IMG/VR virus record: IMGVR_UViG_3300045988_119069
Reading direction: 5' to 3' (one strand)
DNA length: 64,000 bases
DNA from: a virus
In this document: positions 1 to 8,391 of the stretch, piece by piece
How the letters are laid out: each line of letters begins with the position of its first letter
How positions within the stretch are numbered: the stretch's first letter is position 1
The notes under the pieces: model-generated
What the model was told of the DNA's origin: nothing
Database searches by the model: none
The model's input: only the letters and a program-made list of their open reading frames with translations
Made by a program: the position numbers and the translations under genes

Positions 1-96
1 GGCATCAGGTATGGAGTATTGCCACGGATGCACATTTGCGCCCGTCTGGTGCCCTACTCCATCATGTTACACGTTATGGAAAATCATAGATTTTAG
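1..96 (+). CDS. 3' end of an ORF entering from upstream of the window (stop TAG 94-96)
   Basis: Frame is open from the window edge; no other support. Confidence 0.25.
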   Translation, partial: GIRYGVLPRMHICARLVPYSIMLHVMENHRF

Positions 97-283
97 AGTT
101 TTTGCAGCGGTGCCCACTCCAGGGGCTCGTTATAGATCTTATAGAGTATTACAGATATTAGGAAATTGTAAACAAATGTAAATAATACATATTATAAATA
201 TATGTAATTGTGCATAAACGTTAAAATAAATGTATTTGATAATTTTTTTAATCGAAAAGTTTGGTTATATCAAATTTATACAA

Positions 284-291
284 TACCTTTG
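284..291 (+). promoter_or_regulatory. Bacteroidota-type -7 promoter box TACCTTTG
   Basis: Matches TAnnTTTG, about 34 nt upstream of ATG 325. Confidence 0.5.
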
Positions 292-324
292 CAAACGTAA
301 ATAAGAAACAAATACTTTACGATT

Positions 325-552
325 ATGAAAACAATGTATCTAATAGAACATTACGCCATTAACCGCAAGAACGGAGCATGGTCGCTTACAGGCTATTCGC
401 GTGTTGACTACCGTGTGAAAAACCTTGTTATGAAGTCCTTGAAAAATCAGGGCTATCAGTATGATAGAAGCGAGAAGGCTTATATACTGAAGACGGATCC
501 AGTGGAGTTCTGCGCTGACAAGGCCGTCACGGTGAAGTCTTATGCAATATAA
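325..552 (+). CDS. hypothetical early protein (75 aa)
   Basis: ORF track; ATG start, TAA stop; first ORF after the promoter box. Confidence 0.6.
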   Translation: MKTMYLIEHYAINRKNGAWSLTGYSRVDYRVKNLVMKSLKNQGYQYDRSEKAYILKTDPVEFCADKAVTVKSYAI

Positions 553-577
553 TTATAACAACTTAAACAATAAAATT

Positions 578-754
578 ATGTATGCACCATCTATCATTTA
601 TAAATCTGTTATTGCTGAGTCTGAAGGATATGACGCACAGTCGGACGAAGTGTATAAGATAGCCGTAAATTTGGCAAAAAGCAAAGGATTAACAGACTAC
701 CAAATTCACTTATATAAAGGATATGGTAGTCACTGGACCATTGATATAGATTAA
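578..754 (+). CDS. hypothetical early protein (58 aa)
   Basis: Track ORF 542..754 trimmed to the in-frame ATG 578, which follows the A/T leader aacaataaaattATG. Confidence 0.5.
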   Translation: MYAPSIIYKSVIAESEGYDAQSDEVYKIAVNLAKSKGLTDYQIHLYKGYGSHWTIDID

Positions 755-761
755 GAATAAT

Positions 762-787
762 CATACCGGGGAGGCTCCGGCCTCCCC
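762..787 (+). repeat. GC hairpin (GGGGAGGC-UCCG-GCCTCCCC); 25-nt copy 1 of 2
   Basis: CATACCGGGGAGGCTCCGGCCTCCC is identical at 762-786 and 1354-1378. Each copy lies just after a stop codon and is followed by (T/A)ATTATAAA. Confidence 0.8.
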
Positions 788-836
788 TATTATAAACAAC
801 ATATAAAATTACAACATTAAAAATACTTTATAGATT

Positions 837-1352
837 ATGAAGAAATATCTTATCATTTGTGAAAATCAAAAAACCGCCGACAAATTAAATGATTTTATTG
901 CCGTGAACAGTCTGTTCACCGAAGGCGAAACTATTACGGAGTCTGTGGCACGTTTGGGCCGTTCTTACACCGACGACGAGCGCGTATATAACGCCGTGCG
1001 CGCCTATATCCAGGAAGGCGGCAAAGATGTAAAGATCTATAATGTATGCGAGTTTGATGTTGTTAAGGACAATATCGAATTATATAAAGATGCTGAAGGC
1101 CGCACACAGATTCACAGATTAGCCCCTACGGTGTACCGCGTCAATATAGATGGCGACAGTATTACCGTGAACGGTTATCAAATGAAGATGAAAATCAAGC
1201 GGGAATATACTTATAAGTTGATGAAGACTTATGTGGGTACGACAAGCCCTGAAAATCTTGCACACTTCCTTCAGGATGAAGAATGGAAGACTTCAGCCTG
1301 TCCCAAGACCATTTGTGAGCACGTTATAGCACACGGAAAAAAGTGCGCTTAA
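837..1352 (+). CDS. hypothetical early protein (171 aa)
   Basis: ORF track; leader ...ACTTTATAGATTATG; TAA stop followed by the hairpin repeat. Confidence 0.7.
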   Translation: MKKYLIICENQKTADKLNDFIAVNSLFTEGETITESVARLGRSYTDDERVYNAVRAYIQEGGKDVKIYNVCEFDVVKDNIELYKDAEGRTQIHRLAPTVYRVNIDGDSITVNGYQMKMKIKREYTYKLMKTYVGTTSPENLAHFLQDEEWKTSACPKTICEHVIAHGKKCA

Positions 1353-1353
1353 C

Positions 1354-1378
1354 CATACCGGGGAGGCTCCGGCCTCCC
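1354..1378 (+). repeat. GC hairpin repeat, copy 2
   Basis: Identical 25-mer to 762-786. Confidence 0.8.
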
Positions 1379-1427
1379 AATTATAAAATACATCTAAAAT
1401 CACTAACATTTAAATATTTGATAGCTT

Positions 1428-1634
1428 ATGGCACGATATAATAATTACCTCAAGTCCCTTAAGTGTATGTCTCCAGAAAAGGCTAAACCCCTGTACAATA
1501 TGATCAATAGCAAGCCGGGCCTTGAAAAACTTACAGGTGTTCAGTGCGCCGCCGTTGCTGAATTGATTTTTCATCAACATATAGTCGGATGCGATGATGG
1601 CTGGGATGGCCTTTTCAAGTTCTACGGATTATAA
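1428..1634 (+). CDS. hypothetical early protein (68 aa)
   Basis: ORF track; A/T leader; TAA stop. Confidence 0.6.
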   Translation: MARYNNYLKSLKCMSPEKAKPLYNMINSKPGLEKLTGVQCAAVAELIFHQHIVGCDDGWDGLFKFYGL

Positions 1635-1675
1635 ATAACATATAAAATTACAACATTAAAAATACTTTATAGATT

Positions 1676-2350
1676 ATGAGTACACCGAATTTTGCATTAA
1701 AGAACGCTTCACGATTTTTCGTTTTTGGTATGCCTGTTTATTATACACAGGAGGATATCGACGAGTGTGAGCTGGATCAGGACCTTTTGGGCAAGTATGA
1801 CGAACTGGACACGGAGGCTAATTATGTAGCCGACAAGGCCAACGTGGCCGGCGAATTGAAGGTGAAGGGCTGGCACGATATAGAGGAGTATGACGGGGAC
1901 CGCAGCTACCCTACAACTCTTTTTTCAGAGAAGACTAAAACCATCTGTTTTGGCGACACTGAGGTATATGTTACCATGCAAGCCGGTTGCACGTCCGGCT
2001 ATTACGAGGCAGCTAATTTTGACTGGTCCGCAAAAGTAGAGGTTAGCGGCATGATAGAAGGATGGCACGAGACTTTCGAGTATGAGCACGACGAGCTGGA
2101 GGCCGACGACGTGATCCGCGACAACTGGTACGACAACAAAGGACTCAGCAAGATTCACGCTGCGCACGTCATCCGCAAAATCGAGGCTATTATAGACGAC
2201 TTGAAAAATGAGGCTGAGCTTGCATTCTCAATGTATTGCGACGAGGAAATGTATTGCACGTTCCTGGCTTTTAACGGCGAGGCCGGCTACAGCAAAACTG
2301 GCAAGCGCCTGTGGCAGGAAGTGGAAGAACAGAATAAGAAAACCGCTTAA
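1676..2350 (+). CDS. hypothetical acidic early protein (224 aa)
   Basis: ORF track. A 43-nt upstream leader is identical to that of gene 837 (798-840 = 1636-1679). The protein is D/E-rich. Confidence 0.7.
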   Translation: MSTPNFALKNASRFFVFGMPVYYTQEDIDECELDQDLLGKYDELDTEANYVADKANVAGELKVKGWHDIEEYDGDRSYPTTLFSEKTKTICFGDTEVYVTMQAGCTSGYYEAANFDWSAKVEVSGMIEGWHETFEYEHDELEADDVIRDNWYDNKGLSKIHAAHVIRKIEAIIDDLKNEAELAFSMYCDEEMYCTFLAFNGEAGYSKTGKRLWQEVEEQNKKTA

Positions 2351-2362
2351 AACAATATCATC

Positions 2363-2620
2363 ATGGCACCAACTATCACAATATCACGCACAGCGGGCAC
2401 ACGCGCCCTTCTGACGGCTTTATTCGCCATCGTTGTATTACTTGTCGCTCGCACGGTTAAAAACGCCCTGACGGCCTTTAAAACGGTCCGTCAGTGGCTC
2501 CAGACTCAGCACAGCTTTTATGGCCAGGATGGCGACCCCATCAAGTGCACCGGCTGGCAGTTCGTCGGCTACAACATCATTGCAGTAGTAGTGGCAATAT
2601 TGCTCTGCATCGAGTATTAA
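2363..2620 (+). CDS. small membrane protein (85 aa, 2 predicted TM helices)
   Basis: Hydrophobic stretches LLTALFAIVVLLVA and IIAVVVAILLCI. Confidence 0.6.
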   Translation: MAPTITISRTAGTRALLTALFAIVVLLVARTVKNALTAFKTVRQWLQTQHSFYGQDGDPIKCTGWQFVGYNIIAVVVAILLCIEY

Positions 2621-2672
2621 ATACATTATAGGCAGATAAAAACATTACCAACTTTTAAGACTTTATATAATC

Positions 2673-3065
2673 ATGGCACAGATAGCATTATTCAACGTTA
2701 CCAACGACGAGAAGTATTTTCCGCAGCGTCGTGACATGTTCAACGAGGCACGATGGAAGGAGGCGAAGCGCTTCCTGGCACAGGCCCTGAAACTGACAAG
2801 CAAGGAGGCTGGCAGATATACGTCGCGCTTCCTCCAGGACAGGATGGTAGGTGGGGACTTCCCGGCACCGGCTGGAGGCTATCACAACGGCATCACATGT
2901 ATTGCCAACGGCGGCGAGCACAGCCAGCAGCGGGGCGAGTTCACGGTGTACGATATTATAGGCAGCTCTTATATTTACGAGGCTCCGACAGGCGATCTGT
3001 GTATTGCCAACATTCCGGAGGAGGGAGAAACGGAGTATTACCGCATAGCCGTATTGTCTTATTAA
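2673..3065 (+). CDS. hypothetical protein (130 aa)
   Basis: ORF track; leader gacTTTATATAatcATG; TAA stop. Confidence 0.65.
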   Translation: MAQIALFNVTNDEKYFPQRRDMFNEARWKEAKRFLAQALKLTSKEAGRYTSRFLQDRMVGGDFPAPAGGYHNGITCIANGGEHSQQRGEFTVYDIIGSSYIYEAPTGDLCIANIPEEGETEYYRIAVLSY

Positions 3066-3077
3066 ATCATCATAAAA

Positions 3078-3317
3078 ATGGATATTATGGCAAAGATAAG
3101 TTATAAGGAAAAGGACGGAATGACCGTTTATCGTGTTGACAGAAAAATAGTGTGTTTCCGCACAGGCAAAACCTATTGCATTGGCAAACCATCTGATCGT
3201 ACTACATTTGGTGCGGAGGTTATTTCTGAAGAAAAAGCACATGAACGTTGCATGAAAATATGCCAGGATCTTGTGGACGCTATTATGCAATTTCATAATC
3301 CATTAGCACACGCATAA
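3078..3317 (+). CDS. hypothetical protein (79 aa)
   Basis: ORF track; tightly packed on the same strand. Confidence 0.55.
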   Translation: MDIMAKISYKEKDGMTVYRVDRKIVCFRTGKTYCIGKPSDRTTFGAEVISEEKAHERCMKICQDLVDAIMQFHNPLAHA

Positions 3318-3360
3318 AATTAAAAACTCTTTATAGAACACTTAAAAAATTGAGAATATT

Positions 3361-4167
3361 ATGAATCAGATATTTGTTGAAGCAAAAAATCTTATTTGCA
3401 ACGATGGCGAGGTGTGGCTGTGGAAGTCTGAAAGCCTGGATGGCGTGCGCCACTTTGCCACAAAGGAGGATGCACAAAAGTATATAGACTTGAGGCACCA
3501 GTTAAGCCGTGAGAATGGCAGCGAGGAAGAGTCCTACAGCATCGGCACGGTGGACGACTTTATGGCGGCTGCAAAAAAGCATGAAGCCGACAAGAAGGCC
3601 AACGAGGTGAAGGCGTATTGCAAGCATGTGGACGCATTGATAGAGCGCCGACAGCTTGAAATTAAGGCCCTGGACGGACTGGCAGAGGTATGCCGACAGT
3701 TTGATGGCAAGGTGCTGAATAAACGCTTCCACGATGCGGTGAAGGAGGCGACGGGCTTCTATAGCTCGTTTGGTGAATACTGCTTCGAGCTGAATTGCTG
3801 GGATTATTACCGTATTGTGGAATATCGCCCAAACGTTTCAATATCCGCAGACTGGAGCCACGGCATCAACCGTTACACCGGTAAGAAGAAAGAAGTGAAT
3901 CCGAACGATTGGCAGTGGGACACTGGCGACCGCATGGAGACTGAAAAAGCGGTTGCTGTTATAGAGCTTTGCAAAAACGGACGACTTTCCCAAATCGAGA
4001 GCCTGAAGGCATCAAAAAAGAAGTATGCGACATATCTGAAGCTGGCACGAAAAGCGGAGGCGATTATGAAGGAGATGGAAGGCTACGACCGCACCATCCG
4101 CGAGTTTGCAAAGGAGAAGGCGTTAAGCCAGTATAGCCATCACTCCTATTTTTGGAAGGGCTATTAA
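3361..4167 (+). CDS. hypothetical protein (268 aa)
   Basis: ORF track; TAA stop followed by a GC hairpin and TATTATAGA. Confidence 0.7.
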   Translation: MNQIFVEAKNLICNDGEVWLWKSESLDGVRHFATKEDAQKYIDLRHQLSRENGSEEESYSIGTVDDFMAAAKKHEADKKANEVKAYCKHVDALIERRQLEIKALDGLAEVCRQFDGKVLNKRFHDAVKEATGFYSSFGEYCFELNCWDYYRIVEYRPNVSISADWSHGINRYTGKKKEVNPNDWQWDTGDRMETEKAVAVIELCKNGRLSQIESLKASKKKYATYLKLARKAEAIMKEMEGYDRTIREFAKEKALSQYSHHSYFWKGY

Positions 4168-4242
4168 ATCATCATTCACGGGGCTGCACCTGGCAGCAGG
4201 GCAGCTCCCCTATTATAGAACACATAAAATTTTGAGAAAATC

Positions 4243-4926
4243 ATGGATAAAAAGAAGTATATCGACGTGTTGACCGAACAGGCCGACAAGCACAGCAGAC
4301 CGCAGGAAATGGCACTCAGCGACTTCTGCGATTACCTTATAGAGTTCTTCAGCGTTGACGCTTTTAAGGTTGGCACCGTTGAATATAGCCAGCACATTTT
4401 GAGCTGTGCGAAACAAAATCCATACTTTGCCGGACTCGCCTTCCAGTGGCTCGACGATGTGGCAACAGCGATGGAGCGTGGCGAGTGGCTGGACGTGTTC
4501 GGCAACCTGTACGAGGAAATGTATCTGAGCCGTGGCAAGGCCTCGAAGACGGGGCAGTTTTTTACGCCTCAGAGTGTGTCGGACCTCATGGCACGGATTA
4601 GCACACTGGGAGCCGGGGATCATGGCAAGGTGAACGACTGCGCAGCAGGTAGCGGGCGTTTGCTACTGGCTCACTACATGGAGAAGAGCAAGCTGGACCA
4701 TGCAGCCGGCAGACGCTTTGAGTATGTGGCACAAGACAGCGATCCTATTGCTTGCAAGATGTGCGCCCTGAACTTTATGGTACATGGCATGTATGGCCGT
4801 GTGGAGTGTCGAGACACATTGCGTATGACGGAGCCGACCGTGGTGTACGTCATCAACGAAATGAAATATCCGTTTAACACGCCTTATTATAGCGTGAGAA
4901 CGGTATTAGCGAAAAATCAGAAATAA
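4243..4926 (+). CDS. N6-DNA-methylase (HsdM-like) N-terminal/SAM-binding module, truncated (227 aa)
   Basis: GQFFTPQSV (motif X-like) and NDCAAGSGRLL (motif I-like). The ORF ends about 13 aa after a weak NTPY, so motifs V-VIII and the TRD are absent. Confidence 0.65.
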   Translation: MDKKKYIDVLTEQADKHSRPQEMALSDFCDYLIEFFSVDAFKVGTVEYSQHILSCAKQNPYFAGLAFQWLDDVATAMERGEWLDVFGNLYEEMYLSRGKASKTGQFFTPQSVSDLMARISTLGAGDHGKVNDCAAGSGRLLLAHYMEKSKLDHAAGRRFEYVAQDSDPIACKMCALNFMVHGMYGRVECRDTLRMTEPTVVYVINEMKYPFNTPYYSVRTVLAKNQK

Positions 4927-4978
4927 GGTTTCACGGGGGCGTTCTGCCCTATTATAGACAAATAAAAATATTACAATT

Positions 4979-5230
4979 ATGAGAGTACCAAAAGATATAC
5001 CCGCAGAATTAAAACGCCTTATTAATGCTATATTGAAGCGTTCAGGCGATTGCGAAAAATGGCTTGATGGATATAATCAAGACCCATGGCGCTTCGCCTG
5101 GTACGGTTTTCGTATGATTTGTGAACCGCTGTTCTGCAGCTATGGCTGTATAGGCTATAGCATCAATTATAAAGGGTACGAGATTCACGTGGACAATGAG
5201 TTGTCTCGAATCTCTATTATAGATGAATAA
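4979..5230 (+). CDS. hypothetical protein (83 aa)
   Basis: ORF track; leader TATTATAGAcaaataaaaatattacaattATG. Confidence 0.6.
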   Translation: MRVPKDIPAELKRLINAILKRSGDCEKWLDGYNQDPWRFAWYGFRMICEPLFCSYGCIGYSINYKGYEIHVDNELSRISIIDE

Positions 5231-5243
5231 AAATATTACAATT

Positions 5244-5870
5244 ATGGAAAAGATATTTGCAAATGAGACTATAGGTATATTGCAGAGTTTTGTGGGCTTT
5301 TACGACTCCATCTGGAGTCCTAACGATACAATATATTATGAGTGTGAAGAAGAAGGGATAGAGGAAGACGTGGATTTTACCTTCGACTATAAGCAATACC
5401 GGCAGGACGTATGCAAGGCATACACCGAGGAGTGGAAATCATGGATGCAGGAATTTATCAGCGATGATATAGAGCTGGAGTTTATAGAGGTAGTCAGTCC
5501 ACGATACTACAATTTTGAAAATGATTCTTGTCGTGTAAAAATTCGCTTGACACAGGCTGCGGAGGATGCTATTATAGCAAAGATAGGGGAACACCGCAAT
5601 CAGTTGGCTAAGTGGATAAAGGAAAACCACACAAGTTATGATGGCTTCAGCTCCAATCTATCCAACGACATCGATCAGTGGCCACGCCGCCTGTTCGATG
5701 ATAACGAGACTTTCCAGCCTGCCTATCTTTTCTGTATGCTATATTATATAGTAAAGGCTGAATATATGTCTGTCGGAGGTAACGAAGATTTAGAATATGA
5801 AGTGTACGATTCTATATGTGGAGATATTTCAGTAACTTCGTATATGAAGGACATCAAAAAAGTCGCATAA
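5244..5870 (+). CDS. hypothetical acidic protein (208 aa)
   Basis: Track ORF 5223.. trimmed to ATG 5244, because the sequence before it repeats the leader of gene 4979 (TATTATAGAtgaataaaaatattacaattATG). Confidence 0.6.
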   Translation: MEKIFANETIGILQSFVGFYDSIWSPNDTIYYECEEEGIEEDVDFTFDYKQYRQDVCKAYTEEWKSWMQEFISDDIELEFIEVVSPRYYNFENDSCRVKIRLTQAAEDAIIAKIGEHRNQLAKWIKENHTSYDGFSSNLSNDIDQWPRRLFDDNETFQPAYLFCMLYYIVKAEYMSVGGNEDLEYEVYDSICGDISVTSYMKDIKKVA

Positions 5871-5874
5871 TTAT

Positions 5875-6240
5875 ATGGAAACATCTAAAACAATTCATTC
5901 CTTCCTGCTCAGTCAGCAGGAAGGCCAGACGCTCCTCACGGCTCAGGAGCGTCCCTGGAGCGTGTTGCAGGTAATACCCACCACTCCTGCAGACTTCGAC
6001 CGCACGGTGGCAGCTCTCAAGGAGCGAGGCATGGTAGCTTATCACGATACCGACCGCACATTCTGCATCATCCACCTGGCAAGCGGCGACCACGACGGGA
6101 AACATCCAGAACGACACATAGCCGTCACTCAGGGCAACTACAAGCAAATAATAGAGGAGCTGAAGGACACGATGGCACAGGCGGCTGTGTGGTATCAAAC
6201 GAATATTATAAGAACCCTTAAAAAAACGACGGAATTATGA
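5875..6240 (+). CDS. hypothetical protein (121 aa)
   Basis: ORF track. Confidence 0.6.
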   Translation: METSKTIHSFLLSQQEGQTLLTAQERPWSVLQVIPTTPADFDRTVAALKERGMVAYHDTDRTFCIIHLASGDHDGKHPERHIAVTQGNYKQIIEELKDTMAQAAVWYQTNIIRTLKKTTEL

Positions 6241-6419
6241 CAAAATTTTATAGCATTTACGCCTTTGTTGGAGGCGATTGGCGTGAGTATAACGGAATAG
6301 AGTATACTGAGAAAGAAGCCAACAAGGAGCTGAGATATCTGAAAAAGTATAGCAGCTGCAAGTTCAGAAAGAAGTGTATTCGACAATGTGAAACCGTAGA
6401 ATTAAGTGTGCGACGTTAA
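6237..6419 (+). CDS. hypothetical protein (60 aa)
   Basis: ATGA start/stop overlap with the preceding gene. Confidence 0.5.
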   Translation: MTKFYSIYAFVGGDWREYNGIEYTEKEANKELRYLKKYSSCKFRKKCIRQCETVELSVRR

Positions 6420-6483
6420 ATCCATCACATGCAGATCATTGTGAGACAAATATTATACAACCCTTAAAAAACGACAGAAAATT

Positions 6484-6717
6484 ATGAATTTTAAGACAGT
6501 AAAAACAATATTGACGGCTGCGCAGGAGAATAAGCAGTACATCGAAATTAATCTTAAAAGCAGGTTAGGAGTGCACTGCGATTTTACTGAGAGTGACGGT
6601 CACAAACCTAACATCATTGGTTACAACAGCGACACGGAGGTTATCTCGGTGCTAAAAGACACAGTAGACGTATATATCGACTGCGAGGCAATAGAGTACA
6701 TCGAAGTGTATAAATGA
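6484..6717 (+). CDS. hypothetical protein (77 aa)
   Basis: ORF track; its leader is similar to that of gene 6237. Confidence 0.6.
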   Translation: MNFKTVKTILTAAQENKQYIEINLKSRLGVHCDFTESDGHKPNIIGYNSDTEVISVLKDTVDVYIDCEAIEYIEVYK

Positions 6718-6729
6718 AAAGACGACATG

Positions 6730-7004
6730 ATATAATATCATTCGTATTAATCATTTAACTAACACCCCATCCCGCGCCCGGCAAGGCCCTTTGCGGTGGT
6801 CCGACTCCATCGGCGGAATCTTATAATCATAATCAAAGTATTTTTTTGTTTTCAGGCTGCTGTGGTCCGTGAGAATAGCAGCAGCGCAACGCCCACCACG
6901 GCAAAAGGCGTGGCACCAGGTTCGAGTTCCTGGATGGGCGACAAAGAGCCAGCAGACGACACAGAAGTCGCGGAAAATCCGTAAAATCCGTGAAATCCGA
7001 TGAC
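6730..7004 (+). other. GC-rich structured non-coding region with a tRNA-like T-arm
   Basis: Hairpin 6856-6862/6879-6885. GGTTCGAGTTCC at 6919-6930 is flanked by CCAGG/CCTGG and by the acceptor-like pair CGCCCAC/ATGGGCG. No canonical cloverleaf could be drawn. Confidence 0.3.
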
Positions 7005-7083
7005 AACAAAAATCAAAAACAATAAAAGTACATTTTATTTAAAATAAAACGGCTTTTTATTTGGTGGCTTCAAATATAATCGC

Positions 7084-7091
7084 TACCTTTG
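7084..7091 (+). promoter_or_regulatory. -7 promoter box TACCTTTG
   Basis: Matches TAnnTTTG, upstream of ATG 7161. Confidence 0.5.
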
Positions 7092-7160
7092 CATCAGATA
7101 AAAGAAACAACTAATTTAAACCCTAAGAACTGGCGGCAACAGCAATTCGGCATTAAGGTT

Positions 7161-7694
7161 ATGACAACTACGATAGAAGAGATTGCAAGCGAGAATGGCT
7201 TGGAATTGATAGAGACTACAGCAGAAAGAAGTGGTTATCCTCGTGGCTTGTATAAGGCTATCATTGGCTTCGATACATTCGATGAAGCGGAGAAATTGGC
7301 TAAGGAGCATGGTCTTGATATTGAAATCTTCACCAAGCGCGACGGCTGGAACTTCTGGTATAGAACTGGGGACAAAGCCTGGGAACCGTTCGAGCGTTCG
7401 GCTGACGAGTATGGCGACGATTATCATAAGTATTCTAAGGAGGACTTCGATGACTTCTATGAGAACGAGGTGCAGCCGTTTGTTGCAGACTTTGACAGTT
7501 TCGAGTGTTTGCGCTCATTCCTGAACAATATGGAGCACGTGAAGGACGAGATTGAGAATGCCGAAGACGACGAGATTGTAATCGCTCGTACCGATGGATA
7601 TTGCGAGACCATTAAGGCAAAGACAATGGAGTATGAGTATGACACACATCATTACGCCATCGGCTTGATCGACCGTAACTACGAAATAGATTAA
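7161..7694 (+). CDS. highly acidic hypothetical protein (177 aa)
   Basis: Track ORF (TTG start at 7089) trimmed to the first ATG. I counted 46 D/E against 18 K/R. Confidence 0.65.
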   Translation: MTTTIEEIASENGLELIETTAERSGYPRGLYKAIIGFDTFDEAEKLAKEHGLDIEIFTKRDGWNFWYRTGDKAWEPFERSADEYGDDYHKYSKEDFDDFYENEVQPFVADFDSFECLRSFLNNMEHVKDEIENAEDDEIVIARTDGYCETIKAKTMEYEYDTHHYAIGLIDRNYEID

Positions 7695-7937
7695 TTTTTA
7701 TAAAACTATATAATAAACACCGATTTTCAGCCCTACCGCATCACGGTAAGCGGAACGATATGAAATTTGACAGTGAAGGATTATGGCGGCATGCGGAAAA
7801 TGTTGCCTATCAAATCAACGAGGCTTTTTTAAACATGAAGATGGCGACATTACTTTCAGTTACTTTATGACACTATGTTCATTTCATCTTGCTGCTTATA
7901 AAGCGGAATGGAAAAGGAACAAGAAGAAATCTGATAT

Positions 7938-8141
7938 ATGTTCGAGATAACAGACGTTATACACGACTATCTGTTTGTTACGCTCCGTCTTCGCGATGTG
8001 CAGACGGGCGTGACAAGAGACTGGAGGTATTGGGACGACCTGGAGGAGTGGCTGTGCAAGGAGCACGGCGTGAAGGATCTGAAAGGTCTCGTTATAGACA
8101 AGCTGCCCGATTATGGGGATTGGGTGAAAACAGGGAAATAA
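7938..8141 (+). CDS. hypothetical protein (67 aa)
   Basis: ORF track; followed by hairpin AGCCCG...CGGGCT (8146-8165). Confidence 0.55.
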   Translation: MFEITDVIHDYLFVTLRLRDVQTGVTRDWRYWDDLEEWLCKEHGVKDLKGLVIDKLPDYGDWVKTGK

Positions 8142-8391
8142 AAAAAGCCCGACCTAAGCCGGGCTACGCAAGACCATTGGTCTCGAATCTACGATAGTAG
8201 AAATTAGCTCTTTGTGAGCGTTTGAATCCACAGGCTGAAGCCTGACAGTCAACGGAAGTTGTTGTTTTCTTTCAATTCCATAAAGGTACGATTAAAAAGC
8301 CTCCGAAGACAGGTGCAAATGTAAGAATTAAAATGGTACAGACAAAGCATTTGGCTGTATTATTAACAAATATTTAGAAAACAATTCTATT

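Noticed and set aside
6796-6984. A 62-aa GTG-initiated ORF.
   Set aside because: It lies in the GC-rich structured island, has no ATG and no leader motif, and has Ser/Ala-rich nonsense-like composition. Non-coding RNA or DNA structure is more likely.
7761-7871. A 36-aa ORF (MKFDSEGLWRHAENVAYQINEAFLNMKMATLLSVTL) in the gap 7695-7937.
   Set aside because: It is too short to support without comparative data.
8146-8165. Hairpin AGCCCG-acctaagc-CGGGCT after gene 7938-8141.
   Set aside because: It has an A-run before it and no T-run after, so it looks like a terminator for the opposite strand, where there is no gene. It was kept only as a note.
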